The notes beneath the pieces were generated by a model, which had not been told where the DNA came from, searched no databases, and saw only the letters and a program-made list of their open reading frames with translations. A stretch of 64,000 nucleotides of DNA, taken from the NCBI GenBank assembly GCA_038087875.1, contig JAXLNO010000061.1:1-64000 (forward strand), read 5' to 3'. This document shows positions 36,031-48,960 of the stretch, piece after piece. How positions within the stretch are numbered: the stretch's first letter is position 1; each line of letters opens with the position of its first letter. Made by a program: the position numbers and the translations under genes. This DNA comes from Malacoraja senta. Lineage: Eukaryota.

Positions 36031-38547
36031 TAAGGCTTTAATGTGTGCTCCTCGTTCCCTATAACATAATTTATCCTGTATTTTAAACACCATTTCAAAG
36101 CGGATTAAACACAAGCCGATTCGGGATCTCCGCGGCTTGAAGATCCTGAATCGGCCGCTTCCTACCGGAGACCTGAGCTTCACGATGTTATAGGCTGCGG
36201 GCTGGCGGTCGGAGCTCTTCTCCGGCGAGGAATCCCAGACTCCGCCAGGGAAAGTGCACGCTGCGCCCGCGGCTACAGGATGTTATAGTCCGCGGACCAG
36301 CGATTGGAGCACTTCTTCTGGCGACCCCCGGCTCCGCAATCTGAACTATAGGAAGAGATCGGGCAGGCTACACGACAGAAAGTAATATTTTTTTTCTTAC
36401 CTTTTGTCTTTAGTGGTGAACCTGAAGAAAGACATGTCGGGTCGCTTACATTGGCTATTCGAGCACTTTTGCTTGTAGATGTGCACGCCATGACAGAAGC
36501 CGAGTTAAAAAAATTACCCATGACCAACTAAGGCTTTTTCGCCTAGCGGTCTATCTTGCTCCTCTGGTAACGTTGATGTAAAGTGATGCTTCTGCGACAT
36601 TCTCGTCAGGGAGATCAAGTGAAATGCTGCAGATTGCATTGTTCTGTTATGTCCTATTGGCATGGGAAATGGATGGAGATGGTTTCTTTACTCTGTTCTT
36701 TATCAGTGTTTGCAGTGTTAAGATAAATTTGTCAGAGTCGGGGGAACAATTTGCACTCACGGATGGCTTTATCAGTTCAGCTACCATGACCATTCTAAAA
36801 GCACATCGAAACTCCTTCGCTGATGAATTTTCTCGGATTCCGCACTTTCGCCGAATGGTAGAGAACATATCTCAACAACATTCTGACTAAGCCGAGATGT
36901 GAACATAAAACGAGCGCCTGTGCTTTCCTTCATGTGCTCCCACAGCTGTGAAATGCAAGAAATTGCAAGCCGCCATCCCTTGACAAACAACACATTTTTT
37001 GCACCAAGCACTGGGAAGCATGAATCGAAGAATGACTTATGCGCAGATTTTTCAGACATAGGCCTCCTCAAATTTTTTGGGTCCTTGAAACACCTGCTGT
37101 TAAATGAATCAAACAGTCATCTATCATTTCAATGAACTCCGCAGTGTGAACAGCTTCCCCATGGCAACTTTCCAAGAGCTGCCTAGGTGTAGACCCCTGA
37201 TGCTACCGAATGGCTAAGCACCTGTGCAGCCTTGTTAACTCTCATTTTAGAGAAGCTGTTAAGAACAAAGTGGCCTCTGGTTAGTTTATGGCTTTTCTAA
37301 TGGGCAACTGTGAATCATGTTCATAAAATGCGTATGTATGTGCCCATTTGATATGTTTCTTTCTGCCATCCTCTCCATTGACTTCAAATACATACTTTTA
37401 CAATTTGATCCTGTGGCGTCAGCTGATACACAGACCACTTATGGTCGAACCCTCGTCGGGTAGATACGAGGGCTGGCATGTGACGTCACAGCCTAGAGGG
37501 AGTGTCCTGCTATATAAGCTTGAGCCCGAGAGAACAACCTCGCTCAGCTACAGCAGCAATGACAATTACGTTAGCGGACCAACTTAACATGTAACACCTG
37601 AATAAAACTACTGTTTGAACCTGCCTGACGTCTGGCCTTATTCACCACGTTTTTGGCGCCGGCTACATTGGTGACCCGACTATTCCAAATTGGAATTATG
37701 GATTTCCCCCGATGCACGGCAGCCTCGGGAGACCTGATGTCTGCAGCCGACTGCCCACCCCTGCAGAACGACGCTGCCTGCCAACCCGGCCCTACCCTAA
37801 GGTATGCCGCAGGCCGCCCGGGTCAAGGGGGCACGGTCTAGGCCTTGTGTGACGGCCGCCAAGCTCTCCCGCATGACCTGCCCGGAGCCGACCACCGGAG
37901 CTGAGAGGCTGCGGCCGCTTCCCCACCAGCTGCTGCTCACCGGAGCTGAGAAGCTGCGGCTGCCGTCGCTTCCCCACCACCCGTCGCTCTTCACCAGCCG
38001 TCGCGCCCACCAGCTGCTGCAGGAGCTGCGAGCGTAGCAGCCTCCTGCCCCAGCATCACCGACGCACGCCCGACGGCCCGGGAGCAGGGATAGAGTAGGC
38101 CCTGCACTGCACCGGGCCTCAAGGCTCCAGGCCCTGCACCGGATCCGGCCTCACCACGGCCACGGGTCCAGGCCTTGCACCGCACCAGGCCTCACGGCAG
38201 ACACGGCTTCAGCCCCGGAACGCAACAGGCCTCACCGCGGCCACTGCTCCAGGCCCTGCACCGTACCAGGCACTGCCGGCCACTGCCCAGGGCCTAGCCA
38301 CCTGATAGGGCAGGCTTACCTGGGGCGACTGCCGAAGACAGCCTTCTGCTCCTCACCGGCGCGGACCCCGAAGATCCCTGGGCGCTGGTTGCCTGACCGG
38401 CCCAGCAGCGGGGTCTTGAATCGCTGTTGAAGGCCTCCTCAGCCGGCCGGCAAAATGGCCACCGCGGCCTCTGAAACAAGAGGCCGCCTGACTACTAAAA
38501 AATGGCCGCCACGGCTGGCCGGAAGAGAAGCTCGACCTTCCCTGAAT

Positions 38548-38840
38548 CGCCGTCCACAGCACCACCTTCCGGCCAGATGCCGTCCCTGCAGCCTGACAAC
38601 CGGCAACAGCGCCGCCCTCAGGTCGGCTGCCGTCACTGCAGCCTGACCGCCATCCACAGCGCCACCTTCCGGCCGGATGCCGTCGCTGCAACCGGACCAC
38701 CGGCAACAGCGCCACCCTCAAATCGACTGCCGTCACTGCAGCCTGATCGCCGTCCACAGCGCCATCCTCAGTCGGATGCCGTCCCTGCAGCCTGACCACC
38801 GGCAACAGCGCCTCATTCAGGTCGGAGGCTGTCACTGCAA
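38548..38840. repeat. ~99-bp tandem repeat (about 3 units) inside the LTR element
   Basis: gccgtccacagc..ccggcaacagcgcc..tgccgtcactgcagcctga is repeated. Confidence 0.75.
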
Positions 38841-39283
38841 CCTCTGGTTTTCCAGCACAGCTTCCCATCCTGCACCATGGACACTGGACAATTTGAACTT
38901 ACCTACCAATTTGCACGTGATTGCTCACTGTAGTTTGTGTTGTTTCTTTTCACTTTGTTTACACTGCATCACCATGCCGGGTTCAGCAACCAGTTTATTT
39001 ATTTTATTTAGTTTTTTTCTGCATTGCTGGGGGCCGTATTTCTCAGGACGCGATCCCTTAGTTGTGTCTCTTCCGTCCGGCGGCTTTTGCATCGGTCTCC
39101 TCGCACCCCTCAGCATACCTCGGGATCACTCACGCGGAGTGTCGACTGGGCCCGCGGGCCCCTCCATCCCAACCCACGCACAGGGTGTCCCCGACCCACA
39201 TGCAGGAGCCACCCTCGACCATTCTATTCCTTCCCCCAGTTCTGGGGGGGGGGGTCCTGTAGTGTCAGCTGATACACAGAGCA

Positions 39284-40415
39284 TAGATACATAGATACAC
39301 AGAAAATAGGTGCAGGAGTACGCCATTCGGCCCTTCGAGCCTGCACCGCCATTCATAGATACATAGATACATAGAAAATAGGTGCAGGAGTAGGCCATTC
39401 GGCCCTTCGAGCCTGCACCGCCATTCAATATGATCATGGCTGATCATCCAACTCAGTATCCCGTACCTGCCTTCTCTCCATACCCCCTGATCCCTTTAGC
39501 CACAAGGGCCACATCTAACTCCCTCTTAAATATAGCCAATGAACTGGCCTCAACTACCCTCTGGGCAGAGAGTTCCAGAGATTCACCACTCTCTGTGTGA
39601 AAAAGTTTTTCCTCATCTCGGTCTTAAAGGATTTCCCCCTTATCCTTAAGCTGTGACCCCTTGTCCTGGACTTCCCCAACATCGGGAACAATCTTCCTGC
39701 ATCTAGCCTGTCCAACCCCATAAGAATTTTGTACGTTTCTATAAGATCACCTCTCAATCTCCTAAATTCTAGCGAGTATAAGCCAAGTCTATCAAGTCTT
39801 TCTTCATATGAAAGTCTTGACATCCCAGGAATCAGTCTGGTGAACCTTCTCTGCACTCCCTCTATGGCTATAATGTCCTTCCTCAGATTTGGAGACCAAA
39901 CCTGTACGCAATACTCCAGGTGTGGTCTCACCAACACCCTGTACAACTGCAGTAGAACCTCCCTGCTCCTATACTCAAATCCTTTTGCTATGAAAGCTAA
40001 CATACCATTCGCTTTCTTCACTGCCTGCTGCACCTGCATGCCTACTTTCAATGACTGGTGTACCATGACACCCAGGTCTCGCTGCATCTCCCCTTTTCCT
40101 AATCGGCCACCATTTAGATAATAGACTTCTTTCCTGTTTTTGCCACCAAAGTGGATAACCTCACATTTATCCACATTATACTGCATCTGCCAAACATTTG
40201 CCCACTCACCCAGCCTATCCAAGTCACCTTGCAGTCTCCTAGCATCCTCCTCACAGCTAACACTGCCCCCCAGCTTAGTGTCATCCGCAAACTTGGAGAT
40301 GTTGCCTTCAATTCCCTCATCCAGATCATTAATATAAATTGTAAATAGCTGGGGTCCCAGCACTGAGCCTTGCGGTACCCCACTAGTCACTGCCTGCCAT
40401 TGTGAAAAGGACCCA
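39284..40415 (-). mobile_element. 5'-truncated CR1 inserted in the 3' LTR
   Basis: ORF 39554..40390 (SGVPQGSVLGP, KFADD), TSD agagca, duplicated 3' tail. Confidence 0.92.
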
Positions 40416-40839
40416 GTTCGACCATAAGAGCACTTATGGTCGAACCCTCATCAGTAGCTACGAGGGCTGGCGCATGACGTCGCGGCCTAGGGGGAGTGCC
40501 CTGCCACTTAAGCTTATCTCACCTTAAGACCAAGGGAGTCAACAGGTAGCTGAACCCGAGAGAACAACCTCGCTCAGCTACAGCGGCAATGACAATTTTG
40601 TTAGCGGACCAATTTAACATGTAACACCTGAATAAAACTACTGTTTCAACCTGCCTGACGTCTGGCCTTATTCACTACATTTGGCGCCGCTACAATCTAG
40701 TGTTTTTTAACAAGTGTGACGGATCATGCATGCAATAGATCTTGGCGCCCCCATGAATGAAGAAAGGATGGTTCTCTGTCACACCCAAGTTGGTGTGGAG
40801 TCGAACATTACTTGAGCCTTGGTCACAAACCACGGCCTT

Positions 40840-41443
40840 AAGGCCGTGTCTTACCTGTTTGCGGTCATCGGCGGTGAAGCGCGGCGTCGCCGGTAGCGAG
40901 GACCGCGTGGCAACGGCGAGAGCGTTGAGCCTATCCAGCGGAGCGCCACGCGCATGCTGCGCGGGGGCCGAGTTAATTCAAACACGGCGGGTCCCACGTG
41001 CTTGCGGTAAGTAAAAAAAGGGCGGGCCGACTGCGATGACGTCGGCCCCCCGCACGTGACTCACCAGCGGCGGCTGTGGCGGCGGCCATCCTGATCGCGG
41101 CGCTGTAGTGGTGGCTGTGCCTGCGGCCGCGCAGCACACGTGCCTCACTGGCGGCGGCACGTGCGTCACTGGCGGAGGCTGTGGCAGAGGAGGTTTGACG
41201 CACGGCGCTCGACCCACACTGGCGGCGGCCCGTGCGAGCGGCCGTGCGCACACGTGCATCACTGGTGGAGGTTGTGCGGTGAGTATTTGGTTTTCGACAT
41301 TGTCGATTTTATTTTTGCACCGCGCGGTGTTGGGAACACCGTCGCACGGCCCGGGAATTGTTCTTTCTCACGAGTGCGCGGTCTATGGCGGCAGATTATT
41401 CCCGTTTCGCCGCCAATGACCGCAGATTCGTGAGACAGACCTT
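40840..41443. mobile_element. ~600-bp GC-rich MITE, copy 2
   Basis: Near-identical to 995..1598. Removing it restores the transposase frame LQPK|AVVCDQG. Confidence 0.88.
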
Positions 41444-43584
41444 TTAGGCTGTAGTCCAATTGCCTTAACCTTCTGTAAACATTCATTGAGTAATGTTTGA
41501 GGTTTGTCAGCCGTTGTGCAGCCTCGCGACAGAAAGTAAATGACAGGATGTTTCCATTTCCCCATCAAGCCTCTAACCATGAAAATGAGAGCATGGTTGG
41601 CAGGCCGTGACTTCTTCCCTAGGGATCCAAAGTCCTCAAAACCCTCTACTGAATCTTCACTAATATTGTACGAGAGGCCTGCACGTAGACTCATTTCATC
41701 AAAGGAGACTACACAGAACGTATCATTCTCTGTCATTCCTGCTACCCTGTCCTTCAAAAGTTCAAAGATCTTAGTGCGAAACCCAGGTCTTACTTCGACA
41801 TTACTCAACCATCTACGCAGGGATGTAATTGATGGAAGTGTGAATATGCACTAGCAGAACTGGTATGGACATGGACTCTGGTGGTAGAGGGACAACGCAA
41901 CTACATTGTCTGAATAACTCCATCGTCTTCCTCTTGCTCTTCTACGTCCTGACGCTTTACGCAATTGTGATGCAATGAAAAACAGTGAGTGCTGGTTCTT
42001 GTAAATATTCACCAGCTCCTCTGAACAAGTCCCTAATTTGTCTTACTTTCTGTAGTATCCTTTTCTGTTGATAGATTAATCTGTTGTACTCTTTTTTTGA
42101 GGCGGAAAGTACGCTGTCTTTCCTTCTTCAGAGCTCTTCTGTCATTTACTTTTGATGTGAATTGAAGATCTTGTGTTTCAGGTGTTGGAGAAACACTGCT
42201 GGGTTCATTCTCATGAATTTGGTCTGCAGCTAACCAGTAAGAATGTTTGGCCTGTATGTTGTGTGACACTGCCAAGACAAAAAAAGATTAGAAAGGGGAA
42301 AAAAATGAGAAGTATACAAATGAAATGAATTTAGCATATACATATAAATAAATCAGCATCTACTGCTAATTATCATTTAACATAGATGTGATGCACCAAT
42401 TTCAGTCTACCAAAAGAAAATCATGGTCTTGATTGTTTTAAGTCCCATTAAATCATTTAAATGTTGTCTAAATTATGCTTGAGGAAGTTTTAAATGGATG
42501 TTCTTACTTACAAGCACATGTTCTATTAGCCTACACTGTGTAGCCTTATGTGTGATTATAGTTTTGTGAACATTTCACAAATGAAAATAGAATACATGCC
42601 ATACATGCTATTACATATTGTGCCACTACCAATTGTATCAGTTAGAATACAAATTTGCTCTAGTTTCTTTGCGTGTTACTGTCTCCGAGAAAACGGCAGG
42701 GCGGGACGCGGCGCTCAGTGCTCCGGTTCCAGTCATGGTTCCTCTTTCCTGCTCCGCTCTCACCGCAGCTGAAGGTGGCCACACTCCGCCGAGACACGGG
42801 GTTGGCGTGAGGCGAGACGGCGTTTGTTCTGGAATGCTTTGGAACATTTCACAAGTGAAAATAGAAGTGCCATACATGCTATTACATATTGTGCCATTAC
42901 CTATTGTGCCATTACCTATTGTGCAATTACATCTTGTGCCATTACCTATTAGGATACACATTTGCAATTTAACCAAAGTGAGAACATAAATGTTATTTTA
43001 CAAATGAGAAAATTATTTGCCTCTTTGCTGCTTTGAATGCTTTGGTGCAGATGGGAGGTTCTCATTCTTCCTCTTGAGTATCCTGCTTTGGGAAGACAGA
43101 CGTTTTGGTAGGTTAGGGATGTCAAAGAGCGTTGGAACTGCATTCCAATTTAGCCTGTTCTTGGTCTGCTTGTTGGAAAACTGGTCACGTTCGAAGTGTT
43201 CAGAACAAAGACGGCAGTTCTTTGACAAGTACTCCATAGTTCGGTGTAGGAGATCTTGACGACGAGTATTCTGGACCCACTGTCGACATCTGAAATTACA
43301 GTAAAATATCATATAGAATTAACTTATAAGAACAAATTTGATTATAACTACATACCTGCAGAATGGATGATATGTCACTTAAATGCAATTGTTTTCAGGG
43401 GTGGGGAGAGACATGTATATTGAAGATGTATTTTTCCTCTAATAGTTCAATTTATCTTAAATGTAGAAGAGCTTACACTAGCATGCATGCCTTACAACAA
43501 GAACAAAACCAAAAATGTGCAGCAGTGTAAAAATTGATACCTTTATTATTGTTTAAGAAGGAACTGCAGATGCTAGAAAATCAA

Positions 43585-44641
43585 TAGACAATAGGCAATT
43601 GAGTAGGCCATTTGCCCCTTCGAGCCAGCACCGCCATTCAATGTGATCATGGCTGATCATCCCCAATCAGTACCCCGTTCCTGCCTTCTCCCCATATCCC
43701 CTGACTCTGCTATTCTTAAGAGCCCTATCTAGCTCTCTCTTGAAAGCATCCAGAGAATCTGCCTCCACCGCCCTCTGAGGCAGAGAATTCCACAGACTCA
43801 CCACTCTCTGTGAGAAAAAGTGTTTCCTCGTCCCTGTTCTAAATGGCTTACTCCTTATTCTTAAACTGTGGCCCCTGGTTCTGGACTCCCCCAACATCGG
43901 GAACATGTTTCCTGCCTTAAGCGTGTCCAAGCCCTTAACAATCTTATATGTTCAATGAGATTCCCTCTCATCCTTCTAAACTCCAGAGTGTACAAGCCCA
44001 GCTGCTCCATTCTCTCAGCATATGACAGCCTGGGAATTAACCTTGTAAACCTACGCTGCACTCCCTCAATAGCAAGAATGTCCTTCCTCATAGTAGGGGA
44101 CCAAAACTGCACGCAATATTCCAGGTGTGGTCTCACTAGGGCTCTGTACAACTGCAGAAGGATCTCTTTGCTCCTATATTCGATTCCTCTTGTTATAAAG
44201 GCCAACATGCCATTCGCTTTCTTCACTGCCTGCTGTACCTGCATGCTTACTTTCATAGACTGATGTACAAGGACCCCCAGATCCTGTTGTACTTCCCCTT
44301 TTCCCAACTTGACGCCATTTAGATTATTAATCTACCTTCCTGTTTTTGCTTCCAAATTGGATAACCTCACATTTATCCGCATTAAAACTTAATCTGCCAT
44401 GCATCTGCCCATTCCCCCAACCTGTCCAAGTCACCCTGCCTTCTCATAGCATCCTCCTCACAGTTCGCACAGCCACCCAGCTTTGTGTCATCTGCAAATT
44501 TGTGTATGTTACTTTGAATCCCTTCATCCAAATCATTGATGTATATTGTAAATAGCTGCGGTCCCAGCACCGAGCCTTGCGGTACCCCACTAGTCACTGC
44601 CTGCCATTCTGAAAGGGACCCGTTAATCCCTACTCTTTGTT
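43585..44641 (-). mobile_element. 5'-truncated CR1
   Basis: ORF pieces 44382..44597, 43861..44307 and 43667..43930. TSD aatcaa. Confidence 0.9.
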
Positions 44642-44989
44642 AGGGCTCATGTACCAAAAAATGATGTCTTATATAATCAAAGGTAGACAAAAATGCTGGA
44701 GAAATTCTCCAGCATTTATGTCTACCTTTATTATTGTGGTAAGTCTAGATCTATAAAAGACTTTCTAATAACTTGCTCATGTACCAAAAAATGATGTCTT
44801 ATATAATATAATACACTGTTGGGATCGTAAGAATAGAATGGTATATGTTACAGTCATCATACATTGGGAATGAAATTTAGGCTCTAATGTGTGCTCCTCG
44901 TGGCATGTCGTTGTTCCCTATAACACCATTTATCGTATTTTAAACACCATTGATCCATGTACATTGTTACATTTAACACCATTTATCCT

Positions 44990-47900
44990 GACTTCCGGTG
45001 GTGCCATGTTTAACTGAACAGGCACAGCATTTATCTCCGTTCCCGAAAATTGCGAATTCTCGCTTTAAAAATTGATTGGGAAGTTGGGACCGAGTGTATA
45101 AACTTACCGGAGCCGCTTGTCACGGTGCAATTGATGTCATCAGAAATTGCCGCGAAAATAACGGAGGTTTAAGGTATTTTTAAATGATAAGAACGACTCC
45201 CTGTCAGAGCCCTCAGAGATCTGTCTCCAAGCAACTTCTGAAAAAATAGTCACCACCTGAAAAAAATTAAAGAACCTGAAGAAGTAATTGCTGAACTAGC
45301 CTTTAAAATGACTACAAGATCAAAGGCTGAAACGGCTGAAAAAGTTTTAAAGGATAAAGAGCTAGAGGACATTAAGATATCGGTGAGTGACTTAAAAAAT
45401 GAACTTTTGGCATGTAATAAAAGTATGATGGAGAGCATGATGGAGAACATGAATACTGGGAATCAGAAAGTAATTGATTCAATCGGCAATATAAATAAAC
45501 GAATTGACGATGTGCATGGTGAATTATCTTTGAAAATTGATAAGGTGGAAGAAGATTGTACTAATAAGCTGGATGCGGTCCACCAAACTGTTACAACATG
45601 TTGTACTACCATGAAAGATATGGAAATGGCAATGTTACAAATGGCTGAAGAAATGTAGAAAATTAAGAAGGATTATGTATGTGTCGTGGGTCAGCTGGCT
45701 AAAACGTCGGATAAATGCCTTGATTTGGAAGCACGGTCAAGACAGCAGAATTTAAGAATAGTTGGAGTGACAGAAGGAGCGGAGGGGAATGAGCCCCGAG
45801 AGTACACTGCCAACTTACTTAAACATATATTTGACCTGCCAGCTAACCTGAAAATAGAAGTGGCACACCGGGTGAAACGGGAAAAATCAAGGGCACAAAC
45901 AGGAGGAGCTCCCCCATGACAGATCATTGTGAAATTTCGAGACATTTCAGCTTTGGAAGAGGCCATGAGAAAAATTCAATATGGAAAGATTATGAAGTTT
46001 GGGACGGGCACTATCAAACTTTTTAGAGACTACCCTTATGAAATTGCTAAAATAACGAGAAGTGTTTAAAAATACACAACAGATCTTGAAAGGGCACAGG
46101 GAAATCAGATATGGAATAATTTATCCAGCTAAGATGATCATTACTTATAATGGTACCGAACGTAAGTTTAACGATCCAGAAGCTGCTTACAAATATGCTC
46201 AAGACATCTTAAAAGAAATAGATGCTTAAGTAAAACATCACATCCTCAAGACAAGGTTTTTATTCTACAGACAACGGCTGAGGGAAGGTCGATAGAAATA
46301 ACTTTTTAAACTTTTAAAAAGGATTAAGATGGCGCAGCTTCTCCTTGTGCGGCTATCTAGACACTCTTATCTCCTCAAGGTCATTTTCGGCTCCAACGTG
46401 AGCGAAAGATGGAATAACAAGGGCGTGGCTGAATGGAACCTAACAAAGACGTATTGGAAAAGAAAAATTCCTGAATGAAAGACTGTTAAAATTTTATCCC
46501 TACACTAATTCCATCCTAACACAAAAACTATTGAACTAATATAGTAATAGTAATTAAAGTTATTGAAATTAACACACTAACAGTAATAGTAATTGATTTA
46601 AAACTGAATTGCTTAATTGATAAAATGTAATAATCCATTGACCCCCCCCCCCCCCCCCCGGGTAGGGGAGGAGGGGTGCTAAATATAAGGAAATAGATTT
46701 ACAACAGACTAAAAATTTAATTTAGAAATTATGATAGGCTGCAGTTCTAATTTTGAGTGGAAGGAGGTGAGGAGATTCAGAATCTTGGCAAACAGCCAGG
46801 TGCCTGAATCGGGTTAACCCCTTCCAACCAAAGGCAGGGGAAGAAAATGTAATAATTGTTAACATAAGTAAATGGTAGATAAGTTTGGAGATTAGAGTAG
46901 ATTTATTTAGATATATAGATATGGTAGATACGGTAAGGCTGACACATAAAATCTGGCTTTGAATGGGTCCCAACTCCATTTTGTAAGATTATTCAAGGGG
47001 ACAGAGCTAAATGTAGATTAACAACTACGGAAGTCATTAATTGTGTAACTACCACCATTAGGTGGATAATTGGTTACAGTGTCGTCGTTTTAAACACTGT
47101 AACCTCACTTATTTGATTTTTTTTTAATGTCACAATAATGTACACTCTTTTCTTTCTTTGCTTAAGGACAATTTTGAGAGGGATGTAATAACTGAATTTA
47201 ATATTGCTAATGCTCGCCCAACAGCCAGAGACCTAAGGTATGGGTTGCACCACATGTTTAAAAGGTATTAAATAATTCAAAATGCAAGACGATAAACAAA
47301 ACAAATTTGGAGGAATCACATTCTGCAGTTGGAATATTAGGGGTGCTAATGAACTAATTAAAAGGGGTAAGATTTTTGCACAATTGAAGTCACTCAATAC
47401 GGACATAATATTTCTACAAGAAACTCACTTGAAACTGCAACCTCAATCCAGATTGAAGGCAAACTGGATAGGCCAAACATACCAATCTTCATATATTTCC
47501 AAAGCTAGAGGCACAGCAATTATTATTCGAAAAGGTATACCATTTAAATCGAAGAATATCATAACAGATAAGGAAGGGAGATACCTTATAGTTACCGGAG
47601 AGATTCTTGCTACCCCAATTACCTTGGTAAATATTTATGCGCCTAATTTTGATAATCCTCAATTTTTTAATAAAATCTTGAATATAATTACAGTTCAATT
47701 ATCAAAATGTGATAATTGGGGTAGATTTTAACTGTGTTTTAGATCCATATTTGGATAAATCTTCACAACAGAGCAGGGATAATACAAAATCTAAAACCAG
47801 GGAAATCTTAAATACTTATATAAAAAATACAAATATAACAGACCTTTGGAGGATCGCTAACCCTGTCGGAAGGGAATACTCGTTTTATTCAATGGTACAT

Positions 47901-48960
47901 AAAACGTATTCACGTATCGACTATTTTTTAGTGGATACAAAACTAATTCCCTATATATTGAATCCAAAATATCACAATAGTATAATTTCTGATCACTCCC
48001 CGTTAACTTTTTTTTTTTAATTAGAAGGAATGCCTTCTAATAAATCGTTTTGGAGGTTTAATCCTCAAATCTTAAATGACCCACAAGGGGTAATATATTT
48101 AAAACAACAGATGGAACTTATTTTAAAGAATAATGACACCCCAGAGACCTCACCAGTTCTACTATGGGGTGTAGTTTATTAGAGTTATTAGAGGATCTAA
48201 ATATAAAGCAGTTATTAGAGGATCTATAATCTCATACCAAGCTTTTTTTAAATAAAAGGAATAAGAAAGAACAAAGGCAGTTAGAAGAACGAATTAGAGA
48301 ATTGGAATTAGATAATGCCAAAGAGCCTACTATAGACAAACATAATAAAATAACAATAATGAAATTTAAATTAAACAAAATATTATCAGCAAATGTTATT
48401 AGATTATTTCAAATTACAAAACAGGAAAATTTTGAATTTGGGGATAAACCACACAAACTTCTGGCTCGACAACTGAAAAAACGGGAAAAGGATCACACGA
48501 TTTTAAAGATTAAATCAGATAAAGGGGAATTGTTAACACTACCTAAGGATATTAATAAAAGATTCGCTCAATTTTATCAAAACTTATATACATCTAAAGC
48601 GGTAGCAGATAGTACCAAAGTTAGAGAGTTTCTGGATAATTGTAATCTCCCAAAACTCAATTTGAGTGAACAAGAGGAATTAGGTGCACAAGTCTCAACT
48701 AAGGAAATAGAAGAAACAATAAATACATTAAAGAATGGAAAAACACCAGGACCAGATAGTTTTAGTAATGAATTTTATAAAAGATTTTACGATATAATTA
48801 CACCACGACTACACAAAATGTATACATATGCTTTCAAAGAACATACACTTCCAGAAACCTTAGCGGAATCAACGATTACACTTATACCTAAAAAAGGTAA
48901 AGATTTAGAAGATCCGGGTTCTTATAGAGCTATTGCGCTGTTAAATACAGATCAAAAAAT
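44990..48960 (+). mobile_element. L1 family A, copy 1 (5'UTR, broken ORF1, ~1-kb spacer, ORF2 start)
   Basis: ORF1 LEARSRQQNLRIVGV..IEVAHRV and APE motifs SWNIRG, LQETH, YSRIDYFL, SDH. Cut at LLNTDQK|. Confidence 0.92.

Larger units (their letters stand above)
31640..36491 (-). pseudogene. THAP-domain transposase gene copy 1 (exon 1 ~36399-36491, exon 2 ~31640-31917), truncated
   Basis: Exon 1 reads CSNSQCKRPDMSFFRF..KDK|gtaaga. Exon 2 after tttcag reads RCRQWVQNTRQQDL..CHLCYEHFE..SVPMLF (C2CH THAP domain). Confidence 0.75.
37412..40694 (+). mobile_element. Non-autonomous Gypsy-type LTR element (LTRs 37412-37667 and 39258-40694)
   Basis: TG..CA LTRs, PBS tggtgacccg (tRNA-Trp-like), G-rich PPT at ~39244-39254, TSD atcc/atct, no pol. 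Confidence 0.85.
36560..43289 (-). pseudogene. P-element/THAP9-like transposase copy 2 (THAP exon ~43021-43289; large exon from 42268), interrupted by a MITE and an LTR element
   Basis: CRLCSEHFE..NAVPTLF; VVSFDEMSL; ALIFMVRGL..KWKHP; VCDQG..DPSHLLKNTR; KMRVNKAAQVLSHSVA; TSRLSQN..FSTIR. These are P-transposase motifs, with frameshifts. Confidence 0.88.

Noticed and set aside
42720..42790. Minus-strand GESGAGK resembling a myosin P-loop
   Set aside because: The flanking residues do not match myosin and there are no exon boundaries; likely chance.
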